The translations under genes were made by a program, and so were the position numbers. Below the pieces are notes generated by a model that was not told where the DNA came from, did no database searches, and saw only the letters and a list, made by a program, of their open reading frames with translations. Below are positions 63,105 to 64,000 of a DNA stretch of 64,000 nucleotides, in pieces. Each line of letters opens with the position of its first letter. The stretch's first letter is position 1. This stretch comes from Shimia sp. CNT1-13L.2 (GTDB taxonomy: Bacteria; Pseudomonadota; Alphaproteobacteria; Rhodobacterales; Rhodobacteraceae): the NCBI RefSeq assembly GCF_024331145.1, contig NZ_JANDJO010000005.1, forward strand, positions 46,709 through 110,708. The letters run 5' to 3'.

Positions 63105-63607
63105 GCGCTTGCCCTCCTCAAGGCCCCCTCAAGCCCTGCGCCCGCCTTGGCATAATGCGCGTGACAGATCGCAATCGCCAGCGCGTCCGAGGCATCCGGC
63201 CCATTGATCTTAACGCCGGGCAGTTGCAGCTTGACCATGTGCTCCACCTGATGCTTTTCCGCGTGACCAACGCCAACCACCGTCTTCTTGACCTTGTTGG
63301 GCGCGTATTCCCCGATCACCAAGCCCGCCTGCGCAGGCACCAGAAGGGCCACGCCCCGCGCCTGACCCAGCTTCAGGGTGCCAACCGCATCCTTGTTGAC
63401 GAAGGTATTCTCGATGGCGGCATGATCCGGCTCGAACCGGGCCACAACATCGGTCAGCTGCTCGTGAAGCGACAACAACCGAGTCGCCAAGTCTTCACCT
63501 TCCGAGTGACAAATACCGTTCGCGACGTGACTGAGTCGGCTGCCTTCGGCGTCAATGACACCCCATCCCATGTTCCGCAAACCGGGATCGATTCCCAAAA
63601 CCCGCAT
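63101..63607 (-). CDS. ruvC: crossover junction endodeoxyribonuclease RuvC
   Basis: 168 aa; [18 protein letters not shown], catalytic acidic residues. Confidence 0.95.
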   Translation of the reverse strand: MRVLGIDPGLRNMGWGVIDAEGSRLSHVANGICHSEGEDLATRLLSLHEQLTDVVARFEPDHAAIENTFVNKDAVGTLKLGQARGVALLVPAQAGLVIGEYAPNKVKKTVVGVGHAEKHQVEHMVKLQLPGVKINGPDASDALAIAICHAHYAKAGAGLEGALRRASA

Positions 63608-63827
63608 ATTTTATCCAACTGCTCGTGTTTTGTTGCATTTTTGAACCACTAGCACAAAACCGGAACATTCGCCAAGACCCTTGCACACATTGCATAGGAA
63701 ATTGCCCGCTATGCCGGCATTGCATTTCGAGGTCTGATTGCGACCATTCCGCAGGTCAAACGCGACACTTTCAAGGCCGGTTTCCGCCATATTTTTAAGG
63801 CCTTTGCAGCATCTTTCATCCATGCAC

Positions 63828-63852
63828 AAACTGCATATCACCTATGCAGTTT
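63828..63852. promoter_or_regulatory. perfect inverted repeat AAACTGCATA-TCACC-TATGCAGTTT upstream of + strand gene starting 63937
   Basis: Read directly; 85 bp upstream of ATG; region 63608-63936 is AT-rich divergent promoter space with recurrent TTGCAT/ATGCAA words. Confidence 0.3.
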
Positions 63853-63936
63853 TTTCTCCTTGTTGCGCAATAAATAGGCTCCTAAATGCGGTTTCACGAA
63901 AACGACGACCATCACCCAAACAGAAGGAAGATTGAT

Positions 63937-64000
63937 ATGGCCGCTTTTGACACCACCCGCGCGCAGTTTGAAACTGCTGGCTTCGCTGGCCGTATTGGCC
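63937..64000 (+). CDS. hypothetical protein, N-terminal fragment (continues past window end)
   Basis: ATG preceded by GAAGGAAG RBS at correct spacing; MAAFDTTRAQFETAGFAGRIG... Confidence 0.45.
   Translation, partial: MAAFDTTRAQFETAGFAGRIG

Noticed and set aside
63608-63700. LexA box upstream of ruvC
   Set aside because: The GAAC...GAAC words present are 16 bp apart, not the N7 spacing of the alphaproteobacterial LexA box.

Overview
This 64 kb window is high-GC (~62-64%) alphaproteobacterial chromosome, most likely from a Rhodobacteraceae (Roseobacter-group) genome. That inference rests on gene order (cmk-aroA; miaB-phoH-ybeY-corC-lnt; irr/fabA...fabB-fabI; ruvCAB-ybgC-tolQRAB-pal-cpoB-tilS-ftsH), a SAM-SAH-like leader on metK, and a TmpA/TmpB-like phosphonate oxygenase pair. 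Most of the window is conserved housekeeping backbone. Accessory content, marked by lower GC, lies in five places. First, a ~4.6 kb insertion splits the normally contiguous fabA-fabB pair and carries an orphan lipoprotein, XRE and LysR regulators, a class-III aminotransferase, and an AT-rich islet with a C-terminal GIY-YIG nuclease-domain protein. Second, a six-gene all-hydrolase operon (25.2-30.5 kb). Third, an AT-rich secreted orphan next to a flotillin-like SPFH protein. Fourth, a 36.7-44.2 kb region with the TmpA/B-like C-P cleavage pair, an enolase-superfamily enzyme, and an ArsR-Lhr-PdeM DNA-damage module, punctuated twice by the same 11-bp-phased tandem repeat array. Fifth, an orphan RTX-repeat protein. 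I found no transposase, integrase, CRISPR array or tRNA. Many long ORFs in the six-frame track are antisense shadows of real genes, as expected at this GC content, and were not called. All functional calls come from reading the translations against family knowledge; no searches were run.
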